In this document: positions 44,566 to 55,127 of the stretch, piece after piece
Layout: every line of letters starts with the position of its first letter
Numbering within the stretch: position 1 is the stretch's first letter
Source of the DNA: Dehalococcoidia bacterium
GTDB lineage: Bacteria; Chloroflexota; Dehalococcoidia; UBA2979
Length of the DNA stretch: 64,000 nucleotides
Reading direction: 5' to 3'
Assembly: GCA_965198045.1 (NCBI GenBank)
Contig: CBDAOL010000012.1
Span: 346,105 to 410,104 of the forward strand
Made by a program: the position numbers and the translations under genes
The notes under the pieces: generated by a model
Database searches by the model: none
Seen by the model: the letters and a program-made list of their open reading frames with translations, nothing else
What the model was told of the DNA's origin: nothing

Positions 44566-45929
44566 TGAGCGACCAGCCGGTCCAGCCCGAGCGCCCGCGA
44601 GCCTTTGATCAGCACGGCATCGCCCGGCTGGACCGTCGCGTCGAGGCCCTCGAGGGCGCTCGCGGCGTCCACGTAGTGCTGGACCTCGGCCACGCCGGCC
44701 GCCTCGGCGGCACGTCCGATCTGCGCGCCCAGCTCGCCGATGGTGAGCAGCACGTCGAGAGTGGTCGCGGCCTCCCGGCCGGCCGTCCGGTGCGCCGCGT
44801 CGCTCTCCTCACCGAGCTCAAGCATGTCGCCGAGGAGTGCCATGTGGCGTCCCGGCAGTTCGGCGAGCAGCGTCAGCGCGGCGCTCATCGAGGCCGGGTT
44901 CGCGTTGTAGGTGTCGTCGATCAGACGGACGCCGCCGCTGAGATCGACGAGGCGGGTCCGCAACGGCACGTCGAGCCGTTCGAGGGCATCGCAGACCTCG
45001 GCGAAGGCGATGTCATCGGCGAGCCCGACCGTCATCGCGGCCAGCACATTCGAGGCGAGGTAGGCGCCCGGCAGCGGCACGTGGATTCGCCGCGACTTGT
45101 CGCCATACGTGATCGTCAGCTCGAAGCCCTCGACACCGCTGGAGGTGAGAGCGCTGCCTCGTACGTCGGCGTCGTCGTTGAAGCCGAAGCGCCAGACGCG
45201 CGCCGGGGTGCTCGCGGCCATGGCGCTGACGTCGGCGTCGTCGGCGTTGAGAACGGCGTGACCGTCCGCGCGCAACGCTTCGACCAGCTCGCGCTTGGCG
45301 GCGACGATCGTCGCCATCGATCCCGCACGTTCGAGGTGCACCGGCCCCACGTTGAGGACGACGCCGATGCGCGGCCGCGCCCACTCGCAGAGCAACGCGA
45401 TCTCGCCGGTGGTGTACATCCCCATCTCGATCACGGCGCGCTCCGTCGAGGCGTCGAGTTCGAGCAGGCAGAGGGGCACGCCGATCTCGTTGTTGTAGTT
45501 GTTGTCCGTCGCCTCGGTCCGGTAGCGGGCTCGCAACACGGCGGCGATCATGCCCTTCGTCGTGGTCTTGCCGACGTTGCCCGTGACACCCACGACCTCC
45601 GTGGCCTCGAGGGCGTCGCGCCAGCGAGCGCCGAGCGCCTGCAGGCCTGCCAGCGAGTCGTCCACGATGAAGCGCGCGGTCGGCTCGGTGCCGTCGATGG
45701 GACGTTCGAGGAGGCAGCCGCTCGCGCCTGCGGAGACGGCGGCGGCGGCGAAGTCGTGGCCGTCGACGCGCTCACCGGGGAGCGCGACGAAGAGATCGCC
45801 CGGTGCGGCGACGCGCGAGTCGATGATGGCGCGTACGAAGGTGGCGTCCGGTCCCTCGCGGCCACGCAGGCGGTCGCCGAGCGCGCCGGCCACGAAGCTG
45901 GCGTCGAGGACCGGCGCCGGCGGCGTCAC
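44529..45929 (-). CDS. murF: UDP-N-acetylmuramoyl-tripeptide--D-alanyl-D-alanine ligase
   Basis: …IDSRVAAPGDLFVALPGERVDGHDF…, GVTGNVGKTTTK P-loop, and IDDTYNANPASM (MurF-type DxYNANP, not the DNPR of MurE). Confidence 0.9.
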   Translation of the reverse strand: MTPPAPVLDASFVAGALGDRLRGREGPDATFVRAIIDSRVAAPGDLFVALPGERVDGHDFAAAAVSAGASGCLLERPIDGTEPTARFIVDDSLAGLQALGARWRDALEATEVVGVTGNVGKTTTKGMIAAVLRARYRTEATDNNYNNEIGVPLCLLELDASTERAVIEMGMYTTGEIALLCEWARPRIGVVLNVGPVHLERAGSMATIVAAKRELVEALRADGHAVLNADDADVSAMAASTPARVWRFGFNDDADVRGSALTSSGVEGFELTITYGDKSRRIHVPLPGAYLASNVLAAMTVGLADDIAFAEVCDALERLDVPLRTRLVDLSGGVRLIDDTYNANPASMSAALTLLAELPGRHMALLGDMLELGEESDAAHRTAGREAATTLDVLLTIGELGAQIGRAAEAAGVAEVQHYVDAASALEGLDATVQPGDAVLIKGSRALGLDRLVAQWLKRRGVEVDS

Positions 45930-47665
45930 TGCGCCGCGGCCAGCGCGACGCCCGAGGGCGGCACATCGAGGTAGTCCATCAGCTCGGCGGCGAGCCCGGA
46001 GAATATCGGCGCCGCCACCTCTCCACCGAGGATGCGCTCGCCGCTGGGCTCGTCGATCTTCACGAGGATCGAGATCTGCGGATCCTCATCGGGGAGGAAG
46101 CCGACGAACGAGACGATCGTCGTGCCCGGGTCGTAGCTGCCTCCCGTCGACACCTCGGTCGTTCCCGTCTTGCCCGCGACCGAGTAGCCCTCGACGGTGG
46201 CGCGGTGGAACGGCACACCGTCGACGACATCGTTCATCAGCGCCGCAATCGTGTCGGCGGTCTGCTGCGACACCACCTGGCGCACCACGACGGGCTCGTA
46301 GGTGCGCACATCGTCCTCCGTGACGACACGCGAGATCACGTAGGGGCGCATCAACATCCCGCCGTTGGCGAAGGTGTTGACGGCGGACAGGACCTGCAGC
46401 GGCGTCACGTTCACGCCATGCCCGAACGAGTTCGCGCCGAGGTCGGCCAGGCACCAGTTGTCGTCCGTTGGAACTCGCATCACGCCTTCGGCCTCACCCG
46501 TCAGTCCGACGTGCGTGAGTTCCCCGATGCCGAAGCGTTGGACATAGTCATAGAACACCTCGGCGCCGACTTCCTGGGCGAGCCAGACCGCGCCGGTGTT
46601 GAGCGAGCGCTGGAGCAGGGTGCGCACGTCGGTCGGGCCGTTCACGCTGAAGTCCCAATTCGCGATGGTGCGACCGCCGATCTCGACGGGCCCGGTGTCG
46701 TCGTACGTGGTCTCCGGTGTGACACGCCCCGTGTCGATGGCGATCGCAGCCGTCAGCGTCTTGAACACCGAACCGGGCTCGTACATGTCGGTCACGATGC
46801 GGTTGCGCACGCTGTCCTGGAGGTTCGGATCGTCGAGGGTGATGCCGCCCAGGCCGACCGCGGGCCAGTTGGCCATGGCGAGCACGGCGCCGGTCCGAGG
46901 ATCCATCACCAGGATCGAGCCGCCGGAGGCGCCGTGTTCGGCGATCGCCTCCCGCAGGTAGCGCTCAGCTAGTGCCTGGATGACGCGGTCGACGGTGAGG
47001 TGGATCTCGCCGCCCGGTTCGGCGGCACGCTCGCTGCGAGGACTGAATGCCAGCGGCCGCCCCCGCGCGTCGCGCTCCAGGGCAATCACGCCGTCGCGGC
47101 CGCGCAGGATGTGGTCGAAGTCCGCCTCGATCCCCCAGAGACCGGCCTGGTCGCCGCCGACCCAGCCGAGTACCGGACCGGCCAGGTCACCCTCGGGGTA
47201 GACGCGAACGGCAGAAGGCAGCACGCGAACGCCCCAGAGGTCAAGCTCCTGGAGCGCGCGGCCCGAGTCGTAGTCGAGGTCGCGCCTGACACGGACATCC
47301 CCAGTCTGCTCGTCCTGTCCTTGCTTGAGCAGCCCTTCGCGCGAGAGGTCCAGGACCGCACCCAGCTCGGCGGCGGCGGTCCGCGCCTCGTCGGGGCTCA
47401 GGTTCCACAGGTAGCGGTCGATGTAGATGTCCCAGGTGTCGACCGAGATGGCGAGCGGGTAGCCGCCAGTGTCGAGGATCGGTCCTCGCGGCGCTGGGAG
47501 GACGGCAGCGCCGGCTCGCGCTTCCGATGCCTGCTTCAGGTAACGGTCGTGGTCGGCGATCTGCAGCTGGGCGAGGCGCGCGACCACGACGAGCACGGCC
47601 GCCACCATCAGCAGCGCCAGCAGGCGATGTCGCCAGGTCAGATGATCAGCGGCGCGGTCGCTCAA
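45926..47665 (-). CDS. ftsI: Class B penicillin-binding protein (FtsI-type transpeptidase)
   Basis: N-terminal TM, dimerisation domain, transpeptidase motifs (…SVFKTLT…, SxN, KTGT). Confidence 0.9.
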   Translation of the reverse strand: MSDRAADHLTWRHRLLALLMVAAVLVVVARLAQLQIADHDRYLKQASEARAGAAVLPAPRGPILDTGGYPLAISVDTWDIYIDRYLWNLSPDEARTAAAELGAVLDLSREGLLKQGQDEQTGDVRVRRDLDYDSGRALQELDLWGVRVLPSAVRVYPEGDLAGPVLGWVGGDQAGLWGIEADFDHILRGRDGVIALERDARGRPLAFSPRSERAAEPGGEIHLTVDRVIQALAERYLREAIAEHGASGGSILVMDPRTGAVLAMANWPAVGLGGITLDDPNLQDSVRNRIVTDMYEPGSVFKTLTAAIAIDTGRVTPETTYDDTGPVEIGGRTIANWDFSVNGPTDVRTLLQRSLNTGAVWLAQEVGAEVFYDYVQRFGIGELTHVGLTGEAEGVMRVPTDDNWCLADLGANSFGHGVNVTPLQVLSAVNTFANGGMLMRPYVISRVVTEDDVRTYEPVVVRQVVSQQTADTIAALMNDVVDGVPFHRATVEGYSVAGKTGTTEVSTGGSYDPGTTIVSFVGFLPDEDPQISILVKIDEPSGERILGGEVAAPIFSGLAAELMDYLDVPPSGVALAAAQ

Positions 47666-47753
47666 CCTGTCACTTCCTCGCTGGACCGAAGGTCCGCGCT
47701 TCCCCGCCGCTCCCGTCGCGCCTCCGCTCTCCCGGTGTCGATCTCAGCCGGCG

Positions 47754-48236
47754 CTACTGCGCCCCCAGCAGCTGCGCGAGCAGCCGCTCCCACCAGGCCG
47801 ACCCGCGCATCGCTTCGAGCTCACCGGCGGCCGCCGTCTCGACGAAGCGCCGAGGCACGGCGGGCCCGGCCGGCGCCGGCTCGTCGACGCTGATGCGAAA
47901 CGCCGGCTCAGCCAGGAGCATGTCCAGGCCCTGGAGCGCCCGCTCCTCTGCGGCGGCGCGGGTGCCCTCGTTGGCGATCGCAACCTTCACCTGGCGGATC
48001 TCGGCCTGCAGGAGCGTCCGCTCAAACTCCAGCGCGCTCAGCTCGTAGCCCAGCGTGGCGACCTGGCTCGTCTGCAAGACCTGGAACACGCCGAGCGCGC
48101 CCAGCAGCAGCAGGACGAAGCCGAGCAATACGGTGCGCGAGATTCTCGCCGGCAGCGCCCACCGGCGCACGCGCGGGAGGGTGTGCGAGCCGTTGCCATC
48201 GAGCGGCAGGTCGAGGGTGCGGTCGAGCGTCGCCAT
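47754..48236 (-). CDS. ftsL: Cell division protein FtsL-like (septum formation initiator)
   Basis: Real start MATLDRTL (cat at 48234..48236, ATGA overlap with the rsmH stop). Single TM (VLLGFVLLLLGALGVF) followed by a coiled-coil. Confidence 0.65.
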   Translation of the reverse strand: MATLDRTLDLPLDGNGSHTLPRVRRWALPARISRTVLLGFVLLLLGALGVFQVLQTSQVATLGYELSALEFERTLLQAEIRQVKVAIANEGTRAAAEERALQGLDMLLAEPAFRISVDEPAPAGPAVPRRFVETAAAGELEAMRGSAWWERLLAQLLGAQ

Positions 48237-49204
48237 CAGGCGGCCTTTTCCAGCGCCTCGGCGACCCGCATCCGTGCGGAGCGGGCGCGCGGGTTGCGCT
48301 TCACCTCTGCGGCGCCTGGGCGCAGCACGCGCCGCGGCACACCACGCAGCGAAGCAACGTGCCCGCAGGTGCAGACCGGCTGGCGCGGCGGGCAGATGCA
48401 ATCGCGCGACTGCGTCGCGACGTAGTTCTTTACCTCGCGATCCTCGAGCGAGTGGAACGAGATCACGACGAGGCGGCCGCCGGGTCGCCGCAACACGCTC
48501 TCGGCCCCGGCGAGCGCGGTTCGCAGCTGTTCGATCTCGTCGTTCACCTCGATGCGGATCGCCTGAAACGTCTGCGTCGCCGGGTGGATGCGGCCGCGCC
48601 GGCCGCGACCCAGTGCGGCCTCGACCGCCTCGCGCAGCTCGAGCGTCGAGGCAAGCGGCCGGCGCTCGACGATGGCCCGGGCGACGCGACGGCTGCGTGG
48701 CTCCTCGCCGTAGCGGTAGATGACCGCCGCCAGCCGCTCCTCGTCGTAGCCGTTCACAACCTCGGCGGCGGTGAGGTCTGAGTCGGGGTCCATCCGCATG
48801 TCGAGGGGTTCGTCGAGCTGGAAGGAGAAACCGCGCCCGGCCGACTCGAGCTGGTAGCTGGATACGCCAGCGTCGATCAGCACCCCGTCTACCGGCGCGA
48901 ACCCGTGCTCGGCGCAGATGTCGGCGATGGTGGCGAAGTCACCGCGGGCGAAGATGCAGCGGTCGCCGAAGCGCGCGAGTCGCTCCCGCGCCAGCTCGAG
49001 CGCGCCGGGATCGCGGTCGATGGCGAGCAGGCGCCCGTCCGGAGCCGATGCCTCGGCGATGCGTTCGGCGTGGCCGCCGAGGCCGGTCGTGGCGTCGATG
49101 TAACGGCCGCCGGGTCGAACAACGAGGCCTGCGAGAGCCTCGTCGAGCATCACCGGCTCGTGGTGTGGCTGCTGGGGTGGGCGTGGGGTGTGGGGAGCGG
49201 TCAC
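48236..49204 (-). CDS. rsmH: 16S rRNA (cytosine1402-N4)-methyltransferase RsmH (MraW)
   Basis: …HEPVMLDEAL…YIDATTGLGGHAE…DRDP…DLGVSSYQL… are RsmH hallmarks. Confidence 0.9.
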   Translation of the reverse strand: MTAPHTPRPPQQPHHEPVMLDEALAGLVVRPGGRYIDATTGLGGHAERIAEASAPDGRLLAIDRDPGALELARERLARFGDRCIFARGDFATIADICAEHGFAPVDGVLIDAGVSSYQLESAGRGFSFQLDEPLDMRMDPDSDLTAAEVVNGYDEERLAAVIYRYGEEPRSRRVARAIVERRPLASTLELREAVEAALGRGRRGRIHPATQTFQAIRIEVNDEIEQLRTALAGAESVLRRPGGRLVVISFHSLEDREVKNYVATQSRDCICPPRQPVCTCGHVASLRGVPRRVLRPGAAEVKRNPRARSARMRVAEALEKAA

Positions 49205-49225
49205 GCCTCGGTCAACTCTCAGTGG

Positions 49226-49643
49226 CTAAGCGTCTGTGTCGTCGTCTTCTTCGCCCTCGTCACGTAGGCCATCGAGTTCCTGGCCCCAGGCGGCCGGCGA
49301 CCACAGTTCGAGGTAGTCGCCGCAGCCGACGATGACCATGCGGCCGTCACCGTCCTCCTCCGCGCGGAGCTGTTGAGGAAGCAGCACTCGGCCCTGGCGG
49401 TCGAGTTCGACCGAGAAGGCATTGTGCAAGAAGGAGCGTCGGATGCGGCGTCCGGAGCGTTGCCGGTTGCCAGACCCAGTGCCCAGACGGCGCTGAATCT
49501 CCTCGTCGAATGCGGATTCTGTGTAGAGCTCGATGCAACCTTCAGGGCCGTCCCGGAGGACACCCCCGTCGACGAACGCGCGCCGGTAGCGGGCGGGGAT
49601 TGCTAACCGACCGCGTTCGTCGATGGAGTGTTCGAAGGTGCCG
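49226..49643 (-). CDS. mraZ: Transcriptional regulator MraZ
   Basis: VYFFGTFEHSIDERGRLAIPARYR… and a second …DRQGRVLLPQQLR… repeat give the duplicated MraZ DxxxR fold. GTG start at 49643 with a GAGGGA RBS. The track ORF to 49786 is over-extended. Confidence 0.8.
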
Positions 49644-49876
49644 AAGAAGTACACAAGGCCGACATCCCTCGAATTCCGTTGGGGATGGGAATCTCGCCCA
49701 TTTCTCCCCATATCGCTTCCGCAAGGTACAGATCGCCCCCATCGCGTGTCAAGCCCCCGCGTACGAAAAAGTGGAAAATCTTCCACCGATCCCTGAGATC
49801 ACCCGTCACTGCTACGATTTCTAGGCCCTACGAGGCAGCGAATCGGTCCTCGCAGTCGTCCGAAAAGGTAGCGGCG

Positions 49877-50419
49877 ATGCCAGACGCCCCCACAGAAACT
49901 CCGGATCACAGCTTCACGGCCGCGATCCTCACGATCAGCGACCTCGGCTCGCGCGGTGAGCGCGAAGACACGGCGGGCCCGGCGGTGGCCCGCATCCTCG
50001 AAGCAGCGGGTTTCAGCGTCGAGGAACGCGACATGGTCCCTGACGACGAGGAGCAGATCGCGAGCAAGCTCGTCGAATGGGCGGATCGCGGCCTCTCCCT
50101 GGTGCTGACGGCCGGCGGCACCGGCCTCGCGCCGCGGGACCGCACACCCCAGGCGACCGCGTCCGTCATCGAGTACCGCGTCCCGGGGATGGAGGAGGCG
50201 ATGCGCGCCGCGGCCGCCCCACAGGTCCCCACGGCGATCCTCTCGCGCGGGATGGCCGGGGTGCGCAGACAGACGCTGATCATCAACCTGCCCGGCAGCG
50301 AGCGCGGCGCCACAGAGAACCTCGAGGTGGTGCTCCCGGTGCTCGCGCACGCCTGTTCTCAGCTGCAGGGCGATGCCGCCGAAGCGCAGCAGCTGCACGG
50401 ACGCCTCGCCGGTGACTGA
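49877..50419 (+). CDS. mog: MogA/MoaB-family molybdenum-cofactor biosynthesis protein
   Basis: …[27 protein letters not shown]… and …[19 protein letters not shown]… (the GGTG motif). ATG at 49877. Confidence 0.8.
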   Translation: MPDAPTETPDHSFTAAILTISDLGSRGEREDTAGPAVARILEAAGFSVEERDMVPDDEEQIASKLVEWADRGLSLVLTAGGTGLAPRDRTPQATASVIEYRVPGMEEAMRAAAAPQVPTAILSRGMAGVRRQTLIINLPGSERGATENLEVVLPVLAHACSQLQGDAAEAQQLHGRLAGD

Positions 50420-51191
50420 GCCGACGCCCGGGCCCGCCTCGTCGATCCGCTTCGATGTCCTCACGCTCTTCCCCGGCATGTTCCAGGGGCCGCTCGACCA
50501 GTCGATCCTGCACCGCGCTCGCGAGGCGGGGCTGATCGAGCTGGCGCTGCACGACCTGCGCGACTGGGCCCACGACCGCCACGGCACCGTCGACGACTAC
50601 CCGTTCGGTGGTGGCCCCGGGATGGTGATGAAGCCCGAGCCGCTGTTCGAGGCGATCGAGGCGATCCAGCCGCTGGCCGATCCGCCCGCCACCGTCGTCC
50701 TGATGACGCCGCAGGGTCGCCGCCTCGACCGCGCACTCGTCGACGAACTCGCCTCGATGCCACGACTGCTCCTCGTCTGCGGCCGCTACGAGGGCGTCGA
50801 CGAACGGGTCCGCGAGCATGGGGTGGACCTCGAGGTGAGCGTCGGCGACGTCGTCGTCTCGGGCGGCGAACTGCCGGCGCTGTTGCTGATCGATGCCGTC
50901 GCGCGCCGGGTACCGGGCGTGCTGGGAGGCGACGGCGCGCTCGACGAGGAGTCGTTCGAGGAGGGGCTGCTGGAGTATCCGCAGTACACGCGACCCGCCA
51001 AATTCCGCGGCTGGTCTGTGCCCGACGTGTTGCTCTCCGGCCACCACGGCGAGGTCGATCGCTGGCGACGCCTGCAGCGACTCCTGCGCACGCGACAGCG
51101 CCGGCCGGACCTCCTCGAACAGGCGCACTTGAGCCCGGCGGATCGCGATTGGCTGGCACGCGAAGAGGACTCAGTGGAGCCGCTGGACTAG
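50412..51191 (+). CDS. trmD: tRNA (guanine37-N1)-methyltransferase
   Basis: …[25 protein letters not shown]… and …[34 protein letters not shown]… are TrmD hallmarks. Probable GTG start at 50412 overlapping the mog stop; an ATG at 50373 is an alternative. Confidence 0.85.
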   Translation: MTEPTPGPASSIRFDVLTLFPGMFQGPLDQSILHRAREAGLIELALHDLRDWAHDRHGTVDDYPFGGGPGMVMKPEPLFEAIEAIQPLADPPATVVLMTPQGRRLDRALVDELASMPRLLLVCGRYEGVDERVREHGVDLEVSVGDVVVSGGELPALLLIDAVARRVPGVLGGDGALDEESFEEGLLEYPQYTRPAKFRGWSVPDVLLSGHHGEVDRWRRLQRLLRTRQRRPDLLEQAHLSPADRDWLAREEDSVEPLD

Positions 51192-51305
51192 AGCGGCCGG
51201 AGGGCACTGACACCTCGACGGTAGCGGACCGCGGGCTCTAGACTGGTGTTCTGGTGACGCGCGAGTGCGTCGCGCGAACGAGCCCGACAGCCCCGGAGCC
51301 CTGCG

Positions 51306-51704
51306 ATGTCCGTTGATCTTCGTGAGCTGGCGCAGCCGCGCAATCCACAGATCCCTAAGTTCGGCCCGGGCGACACCGTTCGCGTCCAGGCGCGCGTCGT
51401 CGAGGGTGACCGCGAGCGCCTGCAGTCCTTCGAGGGTGTCGTGATCCGCGTCAAGAACGGCGCCGCCGGCAACTTCACCGTTCGTCGCGTCGCCTCGGGC
51501 GTAGGCGTCGAGCGCACATTCCCGTTCAACAGCCCGCGCCTGGACTCGGTCGAGGTCACGCGGCAGGGTCGGGTGCGCCGTTCGCGCCTCTACTACCTGC
51601 GTGGCCGCACCGGCCGCGCCGCTCGCGTCAAGGAGGCACGTCGCACTGTTGCCCCCGCCGCGGCCAGCGCCGCCGGAGGCCGCCGCGCCCGAGAGCGCGC
51701 CTGA
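51306..51704 (+). CDS. rplS: 50S ribosomal protein L19 (with Arg/Ala-rich C-terminal tail)
   Basis: …[59 protein letters not shown]… is L19. Confidence 0.9.
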   Translation: MSVDLRELAQPRNPQIPKFGPGDTVRVQARVVEGDRERLQSFEGVVIRVKNGAAGNFTVRRVASGVGVERTFPFNSPRLDSVEVTRQGRVRRSRLYYLRGRTGRAARVKEARRTVAPAAASAAGGRRARERA

Positions 51705-51808
51705 GAACGACACGGCCGCCGAAGCCGAAGAGTAGCCGGCTCCTCGAACCGCTCGTCCCTGTCTGCTCGTCGCGTCCCGGGTGAACGCGCGCTGCGTATG
51801 ATGGTCGT

Positions 51809-54520
51809 ATGGCGGGGCACCCCGACGAGGGGCCCGGCGGACGGCCTCAGTACGTCAAGGTCGCCGTCAACTCGGGCCGCTCGACCTCACTGACCTTTTC
51901 CTACGCCGTCGAACGCGACCGTGAGGTCGCGCCCGGCGAGGTCGTGCACGTCCCGTGGGGCCAACGCACGCTGCAGGGCATCGTCGTCGAAGGTCCCTTC
52001 GACACGCCGGGCTACGACCCCTCTGCGGTGCGCCCGCTCGAACCGCCCGTCGAGGATGCGCCGCTCGTCCCACCGGAGCGCATGGACCTCGCCGCGTGGG
52101 TGCAGTACACCTACCTCGCGCCGCCGTGGGAGGCACACGCACTGTTCCTGCCGCCCGGGGCCGGTGAACGGCCGCGCACCTCGATCGTGCGAGGCGCCGC
52201 CGCCGTCGAGGACCGCGAGCGCGCACTCTCCGAGCGGCAGGCGGTGATCCTCGAGGTGCTGACGGAGGAGCCGCGGGAACTGATGGAGCTGCGGTCGAGC
52301 CTGTCGGAGCAGATGCCGGCGCGCGGGTTTGACTCCGCCTTGCGCGGGCTCGTGCAGCGAGGGCTTGCGGAGCGACGTTACTTCCTCGACCGCCCGCGCG
52401 GCCGTGCCCGGGTGGCCGAAGTGGCTCGGCTCGTCGTCGAGCCTGCCGATGCGAGACGCTTCGCGGCCAGCGTCGAGGGCCGTCGCGCCTCTCGTCGCGG
52501 CCGCGCGATTCGCGCGCTCGTCGCCGCCGATGGGCCGCTGACGTTCAACGAGGTGGCGCGTGAGGCGCGGGGTGCACCCGCGGTCGAGACGTTGATCGAG
52601 GAGGGCGCGCTCGCACGCGATGGGGACGACGTGCGGTTGCTCCTGGACGAGACGGAGACCGCGACGCGGCTCCGCAAGCTGTCGCGAGGGCAGGCGGACC
52701 AATCGGCCGTCGAGCTGCTCGGGCGCCTGGCCGACCTCGGCGATGCCGGCGAGCCGCCGCTGTTGCCGCTGCGTGGGCTGGCCGGGGAGGTCGGTCCGGG
52801 CGCGCGTGAGGGCGTGAAGCGCCTCGAGGCGGCGGGCCTCGTGCGGGTCGAGGAGATCTTTGACCGCCGCGATCCGCTGAGCGGCCTCGATGTGGTGCGC
52901 CGGCCGCCTGTCGAGCTCGTGGCCGAGCAACGTGAGGTCGCGGCCGAGGTTCGGCGTGCCCTGGACGCCCGAACCGGCGAGGCGATGCTGCTGTGCGGCG
53001 TCACCGGCAGCGGCAAGACCGAGGTCTACCTCGACGCGCTGCGACACACCGTGGAGCAGGGTCGCCGCGGCGTGGTGCTCGTGCCGGAGATTGCGCTGAC
53101 CCCCCAGACGGTGCGCCGCTTCGCCGAACGCTTCCCCGGCCGCGTGGGCGTGCTGCACTCGGGGCTGAGCCTCGGCGAAGCCTTCGACGAGTGGCACGCC
53201 ATCGAGGCGGGTGAGTACGACGTCGTCATCGGCTCGCGCTCGGCGATCTTCGCGCCCCAACCGGACCTCGGACTGATCGTGATCGACGAGGCCCACGAGT
53301 GGACCTACAAACAGCAGGACCCGGCGCCGCGGTACGACGCACGAGCGGTGGCTCGCGAGCTGGCCAGTCGCAGCGGCGCGACGCTGATCCTCGGCACGGC
53401 CACCCCCACCGTCGAGGACTGGTACGGGGCGGACCAGGGCGACTTGCGCCGCCTCGACCTGCCGCGGCGGATCCGCCCGGTCCCGCAGCCGGGCGGCGGC
53501 ACACAGCTCTGGCCGTCCGACGAGCTGCCCGAGGTCGAGGTCGTCGACATGCGCGGCGCACGGCAGCTCTTCAGCGGCGCGCTCGTGGAGGCGCTCGGCG
53601 AGGTCCTCGATCGCGACGAGCAGGCGATCCTGTTCCTCAACCGCCGGGGCCTCGCAGGGTATCTGCTCTGCCCGCAGGGCCACACCCCGACGTGCAGCTC
53701 GTGCGACGTCTCGTTAGCGCTGCACGAGCCGAAGCGCCTGCTCTGCCACCAGTGCGGGCGTTCGCGGCCGGTGCCGCCCGCCTGCAGCGAATGCGGCGCG
53801 CCGCTGAGCCAGATGAGCGCCGGTACTCAGGCCGTCGAACGCGAGGTGCGGAAGCACTACCCGACGGCTCGTGTGCAGCGCTGGGACCGCGACGCCGCGC
53901 GCACGGCCGACCAGCACGAAGCGATCCTGACCGCCTTCCAACGCCGCGAGGCGGACGTCCTCGTCGGCACGCAGATGGTGGCGAAGGGCCTCGATCTGCC
54001 GATGGTGACGCTCGTCGGGATCGTGCTCGCCGACTACTCGCTGCGGGAGGGTGACTTCCGCGCACGCGAGCGGGCGCTGCAGCTGATGGTGCAGGTGGCC
54101 GGCCGCGCCGGTCGCGCGGACCGCCACGGCCGCGTGATCTTGCAGACGATGCAGCCAGAGAGCCCAGCCGTCGAAGCCGCCGCCAACGACGATCTCGAGG
54201 CGTTCTACGAGGACGAGTTGCAGTGGCGCGCCGACCGTGGCTATCCACCGTTCCGACGCCTCGTGCGGCTCGTCTTCAGCCACACCAGCGGCGCCTTCGC
54301 CGCCGAAGAGGCGAACCGCCTGGCCGACGAACTCCGCGACCGCGCGCTGGAACACGCGGCGATCGAGGTGATCGGTCCAACGCCGCCTCGTGTGGCCCGC
54401 GTGCGAGGCCGGCACCGCTGGTCGATCCTGCTGCGCGGTCGCGATCCGGTCGAGGTGCTGCGCGACGTGGAGCTCCCGGGCGGCTGGGCGATCGACATCG
54501 ATCCGGTGATCGTCGATTGA
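51809..54520 (+). CDS. priA: Primosomal protein N' (PriA helicase)
   Basis: 903 aa, Walker A GVTGSGKTEVY, a DEAH-like box (VIDEAHE) and a Cys4 zinc module (CPQGHTPTCSSCD…CHQCG…CSECG). Confidence 0.9.
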   Translation: MAGHPDEGPGGRPQYVKVAVNSGRSTSLTFSYAVERDREVAPGEVVHVPWGQRTLQGIVVEGPFDTPGYDPSAVRPLEPPVEDAPLVPPERMDLAAWVQYTYLAPPWEAHALFLPPGAGERPRTSIVRGAAAVEDRERALSERQAVILEVLTEEPRELMELRSSLSEQMPARGFDSALRGLVQRGLAERRYFLDRPRGRARVAEVARLVVEPADARRFAASVEGRRASRRGRAIRALVAADGPLTFNEVAREARGAPAVETLIEEGALARDGDDVRLLLDETETATRLRKLSRGQADQSAVELLGRLADLGDAGEPPLLPLRGLAGEVGPGAREGVKRLEAAGLVRVEEIFDRRDPLSGLDVVRRPPVELVAEQREVAAEVRRALDARTGEAMLLCGVTGSGKTEVYLDALRHTVEQGRRGVVLVPEIALTPQTVRRFAERFPGRVGVLHSGLSLGEAFDEWHAIEAGEYDVVIGSRSAIFAPQPDLGLIVIDEAHEWTYKQQDPAPRYDARAVARELASRSGATLILGTATPTVEDWYGADQGDLRRLDLPRRIRPVPQPGGGTQLWPSDELPEVEVVDMRGARQLFSGALVEALGEVLDRDEQAILFLNRRGLAGYLLCPQGHTPTCSSCDVSLALHEPKRLLCHQCGRSRPVPPACSECGAPLSQMSAGTQAVEREVRKHYPTARVQRWDRDAARTADQHEAILTAFQRREADVLVGTQMVAKGLDLPMVTLVGIVLADYSLREGDFRARERALQLMVQVAGRAGRADRHGRVILQTMQPESPAVEAAANDDLEAFYEDELQWRADRGYPPFRRLVRLVFSHTSGAFAAEEANRLADELRDRALEHAAIEVIGPTPPRVARVRGRHRWSILLRGRDPVEVLRDVELPGGWAIDIDPVIVD

Positions 54521-54612
54521 ACGCGCCGGCCAGCCCTCCGGCGCTCGCTAGCGGCGAACGTCGGTACACTGACGCTCGTGACCAGAGAGCGACGACAGAG
54601 GGGCACAGGCCC

Positions 54613-55119
54613 GTGACGGTGCGCCCGATCCGGTACCTCGGCGATCCGGTGCTGCGCAAGCCGGCGAAGAAAGTGCGCCGGATCGACGACTCGATCCGGC
54701 GGCTGGTCGACGACCTGATCGAGTCGATGATCGCGGCCCAGGGCGTGGGTCTGGCAGCGCCGCAGGTCGGCGTCAGCATGCGCGTCGTCGTCTTCGGCAT
54801 GCCGGGCGAAGAGCCGTTCCCGCTGATCAACCCGGTAGTCGTGCGCCGTGCCGGCGAACGGCGTCTCGACGAGGGATGCCTGTCCGTGCCGGGCTACCGC
54901 GGGCCGGTCACGCGCGCGCAGCGAGTCACGATCAAGGGCCTCAACCTCGACGGTAAAGAGGTGCGCTTCCGCGAGGACGACACCGTGCTGGCGCAGGCGT
55001 TCGAGCACGAGACCGACCACGTCAACGGCACGCTGTACATCGACCGGCTCGACTCGAAGGACGACCTGATCAAGCTGTCGGACCTGGCGCCCGCCTCGGC
55101 GGACGAACCTGAGTCGTAG
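54613..55119 (+). CDS. def: Peptide deformylase
   Basis: Motifs GVGLAAPQVG, EGCLSVPG, HETDHVNG. GTG start at 54613 with a GAGGGG RBS; the track ORF from 54223 is an over-extension. Confidence 0.9.
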   Translation: MTVRPIRYLGDPVLRKPAKKVRRIDDSIRRLVDDLIESMIAAQGVGLAAPQVGVSMRVVVFGMPGEEPFPLINPVVVRRAGERRLDEGCLSVPGYRGPVTRAQRVTIKGLNLDGKEVRFREDDTVLAQAFEHETDHVNGTLYIDRLDSKDDLIKLSDLAPASADEPES

Positions 55120-55127
55120 GAGGCACC

